From a virus (taxonomy: Duplodnaviria; Heunggongvirae; Uroviricota; Caudoviricetes), in the IMG/VR virus record IMGVR_UViG_2579778694_000005: a DNA stretch of 64,000 nt. One strand, 5' to 3'. Numbering within the stretch: position 1 is the stretch's first letter; the number at the start of each line of letters is the position of its first letter. This document shows, piece by piece, positions 35,931-45,156 of this stretch. The notes beneath the pieces are model-generated. The model saw only the letters and a list, made by a program, of their open reading frames with translations. It made no database searches and was not told the origin of the DNA. A program made the position numbers and the translations under genes.

Positions 35931-37007
35931 TTACGCTTCTTCTGTTTCGGCTGGGGTCGACTCTTTCGCTCGACGCTCGTCTATCGCCTGGAGTGCTGCG
36001 ATGATTTCCGGAAGTGGCTTCTCGCGGTACATCTCGACGATCTGCGATTTGGTGTATTTCTTATCGCCAATTTCCACACGCCCGCTGGCGTTCTTGGGCA
36101 GGTATCCTTCCTCCAGCATGTACTCAACCAGCGATTCGATGACGTCCAGCCCGCGAGTCGGGTCGAAGTAGAATTTCCATGAGCATTTGCCAAACGGAGG
36201 CGCGACTTTGTTTTTAATGCACTCGGCGCCAACGTCCTGTCCGATCTTCTCTTTGCCATCCTTCATGACGGATGCGCCCAGACGGATACGCACCGACGCG
36301 TAGAACTTCGGAGAGTCACCACCCGGAGACGTAGTCGGATCGCCAAACATCACGCCAATTTTGGTACGCACCTGGTTCAAGAAGATGATGCACGCGTTGT
36401 ACTTACGCGCCCAGAGCGCCAGAGTAGGGAAGTTCGCACTCGTCGCGCGCGCCAGCGCCGTGTTGTCGTTCATGTTCAGCTGATCTTTGTCCTTCGCAGT
36501 GCCTTCTGCCATCTTGTCGAACTTCTCAGCCTTCGAGTTCGGAACCATCGACGCCAGAGAGTCGGCAACGATGCAGATAGGGGCTGTTTCCGGGATAAGC
36601 TCTTCGTCGCGCACCAGCTTGAGGATTGTGCCGATCAGCTCGACGGAGTCTTCGAAGGTATCCGGCTGTTTGTAGACCCACTGACCGTCGTCTTCGTCGG
36701 CGTTCAAGCCATTCGCCACCGCAAGACCAACGTCGAAACTGTTTTCGTGGTCAAGGAACACGGCCAGACCATCCTGTTTTTGTGCTGACACCATTGCAGC
36801 CGTCGCCAAAAAGGTTTTACCAGCGCTTGGTGGCCCGAAGACTTCAACGATACGCCCACACGGAAAACCACCGTCGTAACGTCCGGAAATGGCTTTGTTC
36901 AGTGGGGGAAAACCGGAGTCAATCCAGTGGGAGACTTTCTGGATCTCGTCATTGCTGCCGATTTTCTTTTTCAGCGCCAGTGCCAGTGCGGATTTGCCTT
37001 TTGCCAT
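35931..37007 (-). CDS. RecA/UvsX-family recombinase
   Basis: 358 aa. Walker A GPPSAGKT and Walker B LAVFLDHENS in RecA-like spacing. Confidence 0.7.
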   Translation of the reverse strand: MAKGKSALALALKKKIGSNDEIQKVSHWIDSGFPPLNKAISGRYDGGFPCGRIVEVFGPPSAGKTFLATAAMVSAQKQDGLAVFLDHENSFDVGLAVANGLNADEDDGQWVYKQPDTFEDSVELIGTILKLVRDEELIPETAPICIVADSLASMVPNSKAEKFDKMAEGTAKDKDQLNMNDNTALARATSANFPTLALWARKYNACIIFLNQVRTKIGVMFGDPTTSPGGDSPKFYASVRIRLGASVMKDGKEKIGQDVGAECIKNKVAPPFGKCSWKFYFDPTRGLDVIESLVEYMLEEGYLPKNASGRVEIGDKKYTKSQIVEMYREKPLPEIIAALQAIDERRAKESTPAETEEA

Positions 37008-37009
37008 GA

Positions 37010-37276
37010 TTAGGCTCCTTTTGATTCGTTGATTCGCTTCGAAGCAGCGGCTTCGTCAAACTTGATTGCGTCGTGGTTCAGGTGTTTGGCGACGCGAGCG
37101 ATGATCTTCACGACCTGCTCGCTGACCAGCGCGAACTCACGCTCAGTAGCAGAAATGCCAGCAGCGCCCAGAATGTTCGGCAGCGCCACCACAGCGTGCT
37201 CGCCGTGGCAGAAGACAATCTCTTTAGCCAGCATGGTTGGCGTAGTTGCCCCGCCATTAATGATGGATTTCAGCAT
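37010..37276 (-). CDS. hypothetical protein (88 aa)
   Basis: ORF between the recombinase and the nuclease gene. Confidence 0.4.
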   Translation of the reverse strand: MLKSIINGGATTPTMLAKEIVFCHGEHAVVALPNILGAAGISATEREFALVSEQVVKIIARVAKHLNHDAIKFDEAAASKRINESKGA

Positions 37277-38271
37277 CAGCAGTACCTCTCAAATGGCAGA
37301 ACAAACACTTCCAGATCTTCCAGAAACGACCGGAAGTTCAGCTCGTAACACATCTGTTCGAAGGCATTCATGTCGCGTGCGCCTTTAATCGACTCGATTT
37401 CGCTGGGTGGGAATTTTGTGTCGATAAGGTTCATCAGCATCATGTTGCGCTTAAAGGCTTCGAGCATCCGGCAGCCCGTCTTCTCGTTGAAGGCATTCTT
37501 TGCCAGTTTGTTGAATGCCGTCTTATAGCGACCTTTGTTGATGACAATGGAGCCGTCGTTAATGCCGCGTACCATTGCGGCCACGCTTCCCCATTCATGA
37601 AGCAGCTCTTTCGCGCCACCATCACCAATGCCACCGACGCCTTTGATGTTGTCCGAGTTATCGCCCTGCAACGCTTTCGCTTCCAGAAACGCGCGTGGCG
37701 TCGGCAGACCAGTCAGCTCTGCGAACTGTTCGAAGTTCACCTGTTTGTGCTTGGCATCTTCACGCAGGCTTACCCAGCTCACGTTCTCGCGAACCAGCTG
37801 GAGCCAGTCGCCATCACCTGTCAGCAGGTAGATATGGTCAACGGTCGGCTGCGGTGCCAGGCGAGAGACCAGCATTCCAGCCAGGTCGTCCGCTTCTGCA
37901 TCCTTTGCAATGAGTTGGTTAACGCCCAGCGCGGTCATCATTTTCAAGATGTACGGCTTCTGGAGAGCAAAGCCTTCTTTCATCTTCTTCATATCCGGGT
38001 CGTCATCGCGATTCGCTTTGTACTCCGGGTAGAAGTCGCGACGTTTGTCGCTGAATCCATCCCACAAGATCATTGGGCGGGCATGGAGAATTGAGGCGTA
38101 ACGACGAACGTTCTTCACGAAGCCAAAAGCCGCCTGAACTTCCATCTCGCCGTTGTGTAATTTGTCGGATTGCTGGTGGTAATAGCCCAGGCTGTTACCG
38201 TCCACAAAGAGATAATTCACCGGTACACTCCTTCCAAAAAGTAAGGCGTCCGTAGACGCCTTACTGGTCAC
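37276..38271 (-). CDS. flap endonuclease / 5'-3' exonuclease (T4 RNase H / T5 D15-like)
   Basis: N-terminal DG motif (LFVDGNSLGYY). Helix-3turn-helix motif GDNSDNIKGVGGIG. Confidence 0.8.
   Translation of the reverse strand: MTSKASTDALLFGRSVPVNYLFVDGNSLGYYHQQSDKLHNGEMEVQAAFGFVKNVRRYASILHARPMILWDGFSDKRRDFYPEYKANRDDDPDMKKMKEGFALQKPYILKMMTALGVNQLIAKDAEADDLAGMLVSRLAPQPTVDHIYLLTGDGDWLQLVRENVSWVSLREDAKHKQVNFEQFAELTGLPTPRAFLEAKALQGDNSDNIKGVGGIGDGGAKELLHEWGSVAAMVRGINDGSIVINKGRYKTAFNKLAKNAFNEKTGCRMLEAFKRNMMLMNLIDTKFPPSEIESIKGARDMNAFEQMCYELNFRSFLEDLEVFVLPFERYC
38236..38264 (-). terminator. rho-independent terminator after SSB gene
   Basis: GTAAGGCGTC-CGTA-GACGCCTTAC + T-run on the minus strand. Confidence 0.5.
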
Positions 38272-38280
38272 GTTATGGGA

Positions 38281-39309
38281 TTACAGAGCGTCCAGTTCAG
38301 CCAGCAGGTCGTCGAGACCTTCGTCAGCTGGTGCAGATGCAGCGGCAGCAGATGCTGAAGCACTTGCAGCTGCGGCGGCTTCCGGAGCTTTAACTTCTTC
38401 CGGTTTAGTTTCCGGTTTGAACTCAGCTTCAGCGGCACGCAGGATCTCTTCATCAACCAGGCTGGTGGACTCTGGAGCCGGAGTGTGTGCTGTAGCGACA
38501 GCAGCTGCACCTTCCGTATGACCAGTGATAGAGCCAAAGCCTGGCAGTTCAGCAGCAGCTGATTTTGCAGCGGAAGAAATGGCCGGAGAGGACATTGTTG
38601 CTGCCGGAGCCGCGATACCAATCAGACGACCCATAGTGCGAGCCGTAGACAGCAGACGGGTTTCGTCAGCCTGGTTCGCGTATGCGATCAGATCGTGTTG
38701 GGTAGTCCAGAGCTTCTCAGGAATGTCGCCTTTGTAGACTTTACGTTTCGGGGATACGTCGTACTTGGTGTCACGACCGGAACCGGTACGCTTAATCAGG
38801 AACGCATAGCCTTCTTCTTTGCTCAGTGGATTGCCGATATCATCCGCAATATCTTCGGACATCACTTTGCAGATATCGTCGAAGACCGTAGACGGTAGCT
38901 CAATCAGCTGGCATTTCTCTGCGTCCGCAAAGTCTTCACGCGCAGACAGAACACCGTTGACCAGATAACGCGGTGTAGCACGCATACTGTTAATGCGCTC
39001 TTCCATCGCTTTGTTGCCCTTAAAGCGAGCACGACCTTCCATAACCATCTCACACAGCTGGCAAGCGTGGCCGTGGGTGTGCTGTTCGCAGATGTAGGCG
39101 GTGGTTACATCTTTGCCTTCCTCATTCTGATGCTTAACGTAGTGCATACCGAAAGTCTGGAAGAACACGCCATTCGGGTCGTCCTTGTTCGGAAAAATGC
39201 GCAGATAGTTATTGCCGTCTTTCAGACGGGTCAAATCAACGTTATTGCCACGTTTAGAAGCAATATCGCCACGGGTCTTGTTAAGCAGATCAAGTAATGA
39301 CTTAGACAT
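38281..39309 (-). CDS. gp32-like single-stranded DNA-binding protein
   Basis: Zinc motif C-x2-H-x5-C-x2-C (CEQHTHGHACQLC). Ala/Glu-rich linker. Acidic C-terminal tail (DEGLDDLLAELDAL). Confidence 0.6.
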   Translation of the reverse strand: MSKSLLDLLNKTRGDIASKRGNNVDLTRLKDGNNYLRIFPNKDDPNGVFFQTFGMHYVKHQNEEGKDVTTAYICEQHTHGHACQLCEMVMEGRARFKGNKAMEERINSMRATPRYLVNGVLSAREDFADAEKCQLIELPSTVFDDICKVMSEDIADDIGNPLSKEEGYAFLIKRTGSGRDTKYDVSPKRKVYKGDIPEKLWTTQHDLIAYANQADETRLLSTARTMGRLIGIAAPAATMSSPAISSAAKSAAAELPGFGSITGHTEGAAAVATAHTPAPESTSLVDEEILRAAEAEFKPETKPEEVKAPEAAAAASASASAAAASAPADEGLDDLLAELDAL

Positions 39310-39428
39310 GTATTTCTCCTTGTTGTGATTGTGGCCATTGGCGCTATGCGCGTTGGGCGTTCGTTTATTCGTGGCTCTTTCGAGCGAGAAGAATGATAGA
39401 TCAGTACTTACTTATGATCTAGCATAAA

Positions 39429-39902
39429 TTAACGGGGAGAGTGGAAACGTTCGGCGCCCAAACGCTCAATCTCCACGATAGCCATTTTGGACGCCTGGAC
39501 AATCATGTCGCGGCGGTGGGAAAAGGCGACAACAGCGTGCTTGTACAGATCAGCAACGTGCCGGGCATCGTCGAGTTTCTGGCGCTTCGCGAGGTATTGC
39601 GGGTTGGTTCTAACCTTCGCCTCCAGTACGGACTCATTAAACTTAATGCCGTTCATACTCAGGTTCTTACGCTCATTGTCGTAGATTTTCGCCTCAATCG
39701 CATCGAGGGAGAGTTTTGCATCTGCGACTTCGCGTTCTGCCCGCGCCAGCTTAGAGCCGTACTCCATCAACAGGCGCGGTTGCTGACGCCAGACTTCCTC
39801 AAGATTGTCGCGGTCGAACTCCAGATCGGACATGATTTTTTCGTAGATATCTGCACTCATTTTGATAGGTTCCAGATTATTTCTATATATCAATTTTATC
39901 AT
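39429..39902 (-). CDS. hypothetical replication-module protein
   Basis: 157-aa ORF (likely start at MSADIY). Coiled-coil. Confidence 0.4.
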   Translation of the reverse strand: MIKLIYRNNLEPIKMSADIYEKIMSDLEFDRDNLEEVWRQQPRLLMEYGSKLARAEREVADAKLSLDAIEAKIYDNERKNLSMNGIKFNESVLEAKVRTNPQYLAKRQKLDDARHVADLYKHAVVAFSHRRDMIVQASKMAIVEIERLGAERFHSPR

Positions 39903-40061
39903 AATGGAAACAGGCGGTGGAGATTATGACACGATGAAATGGAGGTTATGAGATAGGTAAGCCAGTGAAAAATCAGGTGGTTCTGGTACTCTATGCCCCG
40001 TTAAAAGCTGGCCGTAGACAGCGTACGACAATGTGGTGGGGACACGGACGGAGGGATTTCA

Positions 40062-40108
40062 CTTGCCGTTGACAGTTGTCAACACCGAACATATAATATG
40101 CCGGAGAT
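40062..40108 (+). promoter_or_regulatory. sigma70 promoter with operator palindrome (TTGACA 40069-40074, TATAAT 40092-40097, 17-bp spacer)
   Basis: The perfect inverted repeat GTTGACAGTTGTCAAC (40068-40083) overlaps the -35. Confidence 0.65.
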
Positions 40109-40111
40109 AAA

Positions 40112-40342
40112 TTGTATCTGAAGAAACATACTAATAAGCACATTCAAGCGGCCATTGAATATGCTGTAACTCAGGGCTGGGTTTGGGTTCCACCAGGCGA
40201 TTCTGCACACTGTTTTTGCAAATTGCGCTGCGGCAGTCCAGAAGGTGAGCACCGAGATCACCAGATGAGCGTATGGTCGACACCGAGAAGTGCTGAAAAC
40301 CATGCCAAGCAAATCATTCGTATGGTAGATCGCTGCGATTGA
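40112..40342 (+). CDS. HicA-like small toxin candidate
   Basis: 76 aa, basic, GW...SAH...HQ pattern loosely matching the HicA/YcfA fold. First gene of a 2-gene operon with an HTH partner. Confidence 0.35.
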   Translation: MYLKKHTNKHIQAAIEYAVTQGWVWVPPGDSAHCFCKLRCGSPEGEHRDHQMSVWSTPRSAENHAKQIIRMVDRCD

Positions 40343-40423
40343 TTTTGCCCGGTAAGGAGTTGCGACAACAACTCCTTACCGAATCAATAAGAGAATACTC
40401 TGAATACTAAACGAAGAGGTACT

Positions 40424-40987
40424 ATGGCGCTTTATAACTTCACTCTGACACTCTCAGGCGTAACGTATGAGACCGAAGGACTGGAAGACGCGCTGTACGA
40501 AAGCGGCTGTGACGATGCGCTGATTTGCGCATATGGAAACTCCGTCTATGTTGAGTTCGACCGCGAAGCTGAATCGCTGGATGCCGCTATTGCATCAGCG
40601 GTCGACAATATCGAATCAGCCGGAATCGGCGCTATTGTTGAATCTGTCGACTCTGCCCTTGTAGGCTTGAGCGACATTGCAGAAATAACAGAAATGTCTC
40701 GCCAGGCGATTGCGATGCTGAAAGATGGCACTCGTGGTAGCGGAGACTTCCCTTGCCCTATCCAACGAATCAAAGGCCAATCCCCACTTTGGGATTGGGC
40801 TGATGTAGCCGAATGGCTACTAAAGAACGGTCGATTAAAAGAAGACAGCAACTTGGTAAATAACGCTCGTGTGCTGAGTAAATGGAACCTTGCCTTACGT
40901 GCAAGCGCTTCAAAAGATTTTCAAGAAGTTGAGTCGATCGCGGTAGCTCTTATCGCACGTCGACGTCATCACGCCGAATGCGCATGA
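40424..40987 (+). CDS. HicB-like antitoxin candidate (C-terminal HTH)
   Basis: 187 aa. C-terminal HTH LSDIAEITEMSRQAIAMLKDG. Followed by a strong terminator. Confidence 0.4.
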   Translation: MALYNFTLTLSGVTYETEGLEDALYESGCDDALICAYGNSVYVEFDREAESLDAAIASAVDNIESAGIGAIVESVDSALVGLSDIAEITEMSRQAIAMLKDGTRGSGDFPCPIQRIKGQSPLWDWADVAEWLLKNGRLKEDSNLVNNARVLSKWNLALRASASKDFQEVESIAVALIARRRHHAECA

Positions 40988-41018
40988 AAAAAACCCGCCA
41001 ATCGGCGGGTTTTTGCTT
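40988..41018. terminator. bidirectional rho-independent terminator
   Basis: AAACCCGCC-AATC-GGCGGGTTT flanked by A- and T-runs. Confidence 0.6.
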
Positions 41019-41461
41019 TATGCGACTTTCTTACCAAAAATGTTGGATAGCGTGACTCTGGTCTGGCGTTTCAGCCTGTACTGTCTCACATCGCCAATCT
41101 TGTTCACTTCCATAAACTCTTTGGCCACCTTCAGCACCAGCCGATTGCGGAACACTTTGAACGCCTCCAACTGTTCCTCTGGATTATCCGATTCGTAGAT
41201 CTCCAGCAGATACTGGCACGCCTTCGGATCTTGCGTTTTAAGCGCCAGCGCTCTGGCACATTTACGCAGACGACTGACTTTATCGGCACCATCCAGCCCG
41301 GCGAACGCCAGCGCCAGATCTAACGTGACCGGGCAGTCGATGATTTCCCAGAACTGCGACCGCATGGTGGCCGCAACAGCTTTATCCTGAAAATCCGCTG
41401 GGATAGCCGCCAGCGCTTGTGCAATCTTCTGTGCCTCGTTCATGGTGTTCTCTTTATTCAT
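41018..41461 (-). CDS. hypothetical protein (147 aa)
   Basis: 4-bp overlap with the polymerase gene. Confidence 0.45.
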   Translation of the reverse strand: MNKENTMNEAQKIAQALAAIPADFQDKAVAATMRSQFWEIIDCPVTLDLALAFAGLDGADKVSRLRKCARALALKTQDPKACQYLLEIYESDNPEEQLEAFKVFRNRLVLKVAKEFMEVNKIGDVRQYRLKRQTRVTLSNIFGKKVA

Positions 41462-44400
41462 TTGCTAATAGTCTCCGCTACCTCTGCCAGAATTGCTTCC
41501 AGCTTTTCGCCTTCTTCTGGGCGAAAGTACAAAATGTTCGGGTTAAATCCGTAGAAAACGGTCACATCCAGCTCTGGCAGATACTCTTTGCGTCCAACCA
41601 GGTCGGATGGTTTGCTCTTGTTGTTGAAGAGTGACGTCGCCCGGCTGCCACACGTCAGCACATAGGTCGGACGCACCAGATTGATCTCTTCACGCATAAA
41701 GTCGGTGAACTGGCCGATCTCGTCTTTGGTGTAGTCCTTCTCTTTGTCCTTCACCTTTTTGCACACGCCGGTGACGTAGAGATCGCCCATGCGCAGATCG
41801 CCTGCAGTAAGCAACTTCGCTTTAAAGTCGTCGTAGCCGTTCTCCATGAAGTAACCGGTACGCCCATCATTGCCGTTCGCGTTGTCCAGAATGACCATGA
41901 TTTTCGGCTTAATGCCAATGCTTGGGCGGATCAGGTCGTCTCCCAGACCCATTTCGGCCGCCATGCGAGTCATCAGTACATTCACTTCAGCAGAGCGCTT
42001 AGGGTTCATCTCGAACGGTCGAGAGGCTTTTACAGCGTCGATCACCAGATTGCCCATCAACTCTGCCTGGTCGCGCAGTCGTTCCGGATCTGTCGCTGGC
42101 AGACTGCCAGGCTCAATCGATGCGAACGCACCTACTTTTTGCAGTGACTCGCGTACCCGGCTGTTGCACGCACGCTTCTCGACCGCTTCCTCAAATTGCT
42201 CAAGTGACTCGAATTTGCCGCCAACTTTCTCTCTCGCTCTCATGATGGCCTGGCAACCATTCTCAGAGCAGCCTTTCACAGCAGAGAAGGGCGCATACAG
42301 TACCTGGCTGCCGTCTTCCAGCGTGCGGATCTCAATTCGGTTAGATGACACGTTAACGTCTGGTGGCAATACGCGAATGCTATAGGTCAGCGCATCCTTA
42401 ACCAGCCCCTGGTGCTTATCCTCGCCCAAAATGGTGAGCGCAGCTGCGAAGAACTCAGCGGGGTAATGCGTTTTTAGCCACATAGACTGATAGCTGATCA
42501 GCGAGTAGGCAACGGAGTGTGATTTGTTGAACTGATACGCACCGTTCTTCTCGAAGGCATCCCAGATCTCCTTAGCTTTCGTCTCAGACAAGCCGGGTTG
42601 TGACCCTGTAACGCGTACAGCAGCCATAGGCAATTTCACACCTGCCTCCAGCGCTTCTTCGACCGTCCGCAGTGCGCCGTCCTCACATTTGAAGTGTTCC
42701 GCGCGGTGAATGCGCTGCGTTGTGCCGTCTTCCATCTCAACGTCGATCCAACCAGCTTGAGCCTGAACGACGAACTTCTCGCCCATGCTCTTCATCTTTT
42801 CCATATCCTTTTTACCGATCGCTTTACGCACACCATCTGCTTCGGCCATCGTGAAGCCGGCCAGCAATCGTGTCGCGTTCATCGTCTGTTCCTGATACAG
42901 AATCACGCCGTTGGTTTCCGCGGTAAGTTCGTCCAGTACCGGGTGCAGCGACTGTGGAGCCATGAAGCCTTTGGCCACCGAGACATAGTCGTCCAACATG
43001 CCGGATTGAATCGGGCCAGGTCGGAAGAGTGCGGTCGTGGCGACAACGGTTTTGAAGCTCATTGGTTCAATGCCACCGCCCAGATCTTTAAGCAGCTTGC
43101 GCATGGGGCCGGACTCCAGCTGGAATACGCCCTGCGTGTACCCTGCAGCGAACCCATCCAGAACCTTGCGATCGTCCAGTGGGATAGCATCGAGATTGAT
43201 GTCTTCCCCGGTACTCTCTTTGATGTAGCGTTTCGCGCTATCCAGCAGATCCAGTGTGGCCAGACCGAGAACGTCCAGCTTAATCAGCCCCATCGCCTCG
43301 CAGTAACGTTTATCGAACGCAATACAGCGAGCATTGCCACGCAGCTCGACGGGCGTGCGCTCTACCAGTGGAACGCCAGCGACGATCATCCCCGCAGCGT
43401 GACGACCAAAACCACGCATCAGGCTTTGCAGCTTACAAGCCGCTTTGAACGCTTCCGGGTTTTTCGTGGCGTATTTGTCCAGGCTGGCCAGTTGCTCGCG
43501 CAGCTCTTCCAGAGACAGGCTATCGTCTTCCAGATTCTTGAACTCTTTGGATACCGCCATATCCGCAGCGTCGACACCGTAAATACGCGCAGTGTCACGC
43601 AGCGCAGAAGCGGCGCCCAGATAGGTGAAGTTCGGAATACCGGCAACGTAATCTTCGCCATAGCGTTCATTCAGATACTCGATCACCTCATGACGACGTG
43701 CCTGGCTGAAGTCCAGATCCGCATCCGGTAAGTCGAGACGTTCAGGGTTGATGAAACGCTCAAACAGAAGACCGTGACGGATAGGATCGACGTTGGTTAT
43801 GCCTATACACCACGCCACCAGAGAACCGGCAGAGGAACCACGACCTGGCCCGACAGGAATGCCAGTTTCACGGCTGTGATTCATCAGGTCGCGCACCATC
43901 AGGAAGTAACCACAGAAGCCCAGGCGGGTCAGTGTGTCCATTTCGTACTTCAGGCGATCAACATACACACGGTGCTCAGAAGCCGGTGGTGTGTAGCCAA
44001 ACTCTTTGGTAGTAAGACGCTTACGCAGCCCCGCGACAGCCAGCTTCATCAGCGTTGCAGGCTCGTCGTCTGCCATCTTGGGCAGTGCTGGTGGCAATTC
44101 ATGCCAGCGCCATGTGCAGGCTTCAATAATGGTGTCCTGCGTTGTTGAGGCCATTGCAGCTGTTACCGGCACATCCATTCGAACGGAGAAGGCTTTCAGC
44201 GCTTCAAGGAGATGGCGGCGACCATTAACGGCGTTATCTCGCTGGTGGGGAATACGCAGACGATGCGGCTGATCGATTTTGATGTTGTTCGTAACCATGT
44301 GCGCAATGTCTTTAATGTCAGCGTCGTCGACCGCTTCGTAATAAGCGGGGTAGAACGCCACTGGCTCTATTTTCAGTGCGCTCGCCACTTTCATCGCCCG

Positions 44401-44976
44401 GACGTTAATCTGGTCGTAGAATGGGGTAGGGTGCGGATAAACCACGCTGTAGAAGTTATCGCGTCCTCCAGCTGTGACCAGCGTCCCGATAATCTTTGCG
44501 AAGTCCTGGCGCTGGAATACACTGCCAATGTCAGACGTCAGCAGGATGATGTTGCCTTTGGCATATGCGGCCGCCAGCTGGTCAAGCGCCAGACGCGGGA
44601 CAAAGTAGAATTGCTCGCGCTTGTTGGCTAAGGTCATCAGTTCGCACACGTCGCGATAACCTTGCTCATTCTTTATCAGTGCCGTGAAGCAGTAGCTGCG
44701 ATCACGTACCAATGATTCCATACATCCCCCTGACTCTTTCGCAAGGCGGGCGCGGTGCTCGTATGTCGGATCGTCGACAACATTCAGCTTAACACCACAA
44801 ATAACCGCCATGTCGTCGCCAGCGGCACGCTGCAGGGGGATCACACTGGCAATGTTCATGCTGTCAGCGGAAATGACAGCGGTGTAGCCAGCGTCTCTCG
44901 CGATTTTCACCGCGTTTTCTGCTTTTAGAGCCGACTCTCCCAGGGAGAAGTCAGTTCTGACCATCAGAGCCTTCAT
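41458..44976 (-). CDS. DnaE-type DNA polymerase III alpha subunit (PHP + polymerase core)
   Basis: 1172 aa. N-terminal PHP domain pattern. Large central Pol IIIalpha-type core. C-terminal OB-like region. Confidence 0.8.
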   Translation of the reverse strand: MKALMVRTDFSLGESALKAENAVKIARDAGYTAVISADSMNIASVIPLQRAAGDDMAVICGVKLNVVDDPTYEHRARLAKESGGCMESLVRDRSYCFTALIKNEQGYRDVCELMTLANKREQFYFVPRLALDQLAAAYAKGNIILLTSDIGSVFQRQDFAKIIGTLVTAGGRDNFYSVVYPHPTPFYDQINVRAMKVASALKIEPVAFYPAYYEAVDDADIKDIAHMVTNNIKIDQPHRLRIPHQRDNAVNGRRHLLEALKAFSVRMDVPVTAAMASTTQDTIIEACTWRWHELPPALPKMADDEPATLMKLAVAGLRKRLTTKEFGYTPPASEHRVYVDRLKYEMDTLTRLGFCGYFLMVRDLMNHSRETGIPVGPGRGSSAGSLVAWCIGITNVDPIRHGLLFERFINPERLDLPDADLDFSQARRHEVIEYLNERYGEDYVAGIPNFTYLGAASALRDTARIYGVDAADMAVSKEFKNLEDDSLSLEELREQLASLDKYATKNPEAFKAACKLQSLMRGFGRHAAGMIVAGVPLVERTPVELRGNARCIAFDKRYCEAMGLIKLDVLGLATLDLLDSAKRYIKESTGEDINLDAIPLDDRKVLDGFAAGYTQGVFQLESGPMRKLLKDLGGGIEPMSFKTVVATTALFRPGPIQSGMLDDYVSVAKGFMAPQSLHPVLDELTAETNGVILYQEQTMNATRLLAGFTMAEADGVRKAIGKKDMEKMKSMGEKFVVQAQAGWIDVEMEDGTTQRIHRAEHFKCEDGALRTVEEALEAGVKLPMAAVRVTGSQPGLSETKAKEIWDAFEKNGAYQFNKSHSVAYSLISYQSMWLKTHYPAEFFAAALTILGEDKHQGLVKDALTYSIRVLPPDVNVSSNRIEIRTLEDGSQVLYAPFSAVKGCSENGCQAIMRAREKVGGKFESLEQFEEAVEKRACNSRVRESLQKVGAFASIEPGSLPATDPERLRDQAELMGNLVIDAVKASRPFEMNPKRSAEVNVLMTRMAAEMGLGDDLIRPSIGIKPKIMVILDNANGNDGRTGYFMENGYDDFKAKLLTAGDLRMGDLYVTGVCKKVKDKEKDYTKDEIGQFTDFMREEINLVRPTYVLTCGSRATSLFNNKSKPSDLVGRKEYLPELDVTVFYGFNPNILYFRPEEGEKLEAILAEVAETISK

Positions 44977-45154
44977 GTGTTTTTACCTTTCTGGTTTTCT
45001 TGATTTTGTCATTGGGGAAGCCAACGAACTTCCCATACATCGAAATCGCAACCTCTTTGGCTGACTGGTGGCACTCGGGCCTATCCGGACACGCCAGACA
45101 AGCCCGGCCAGTTTCAGACGCTGCGATAAGAGAGCCGAAACATCCTTTACGCAC
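44951..45154 (-). CDS. small zinc-ribbon protein (67 aa)
   Basis: CxxC...C..H cysteine pattern (CLACPDRPECH). Overlaps the DnaE start. Confidence 0.35.
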   Translation of the reverse strand: MRKGCFGSLIAASETGRACLACPDRPECHQSAKEVAISMYGKFVGFPNDKIKKTRKVKTHEGSDGQN

Positions 45155-45156
45155 GA

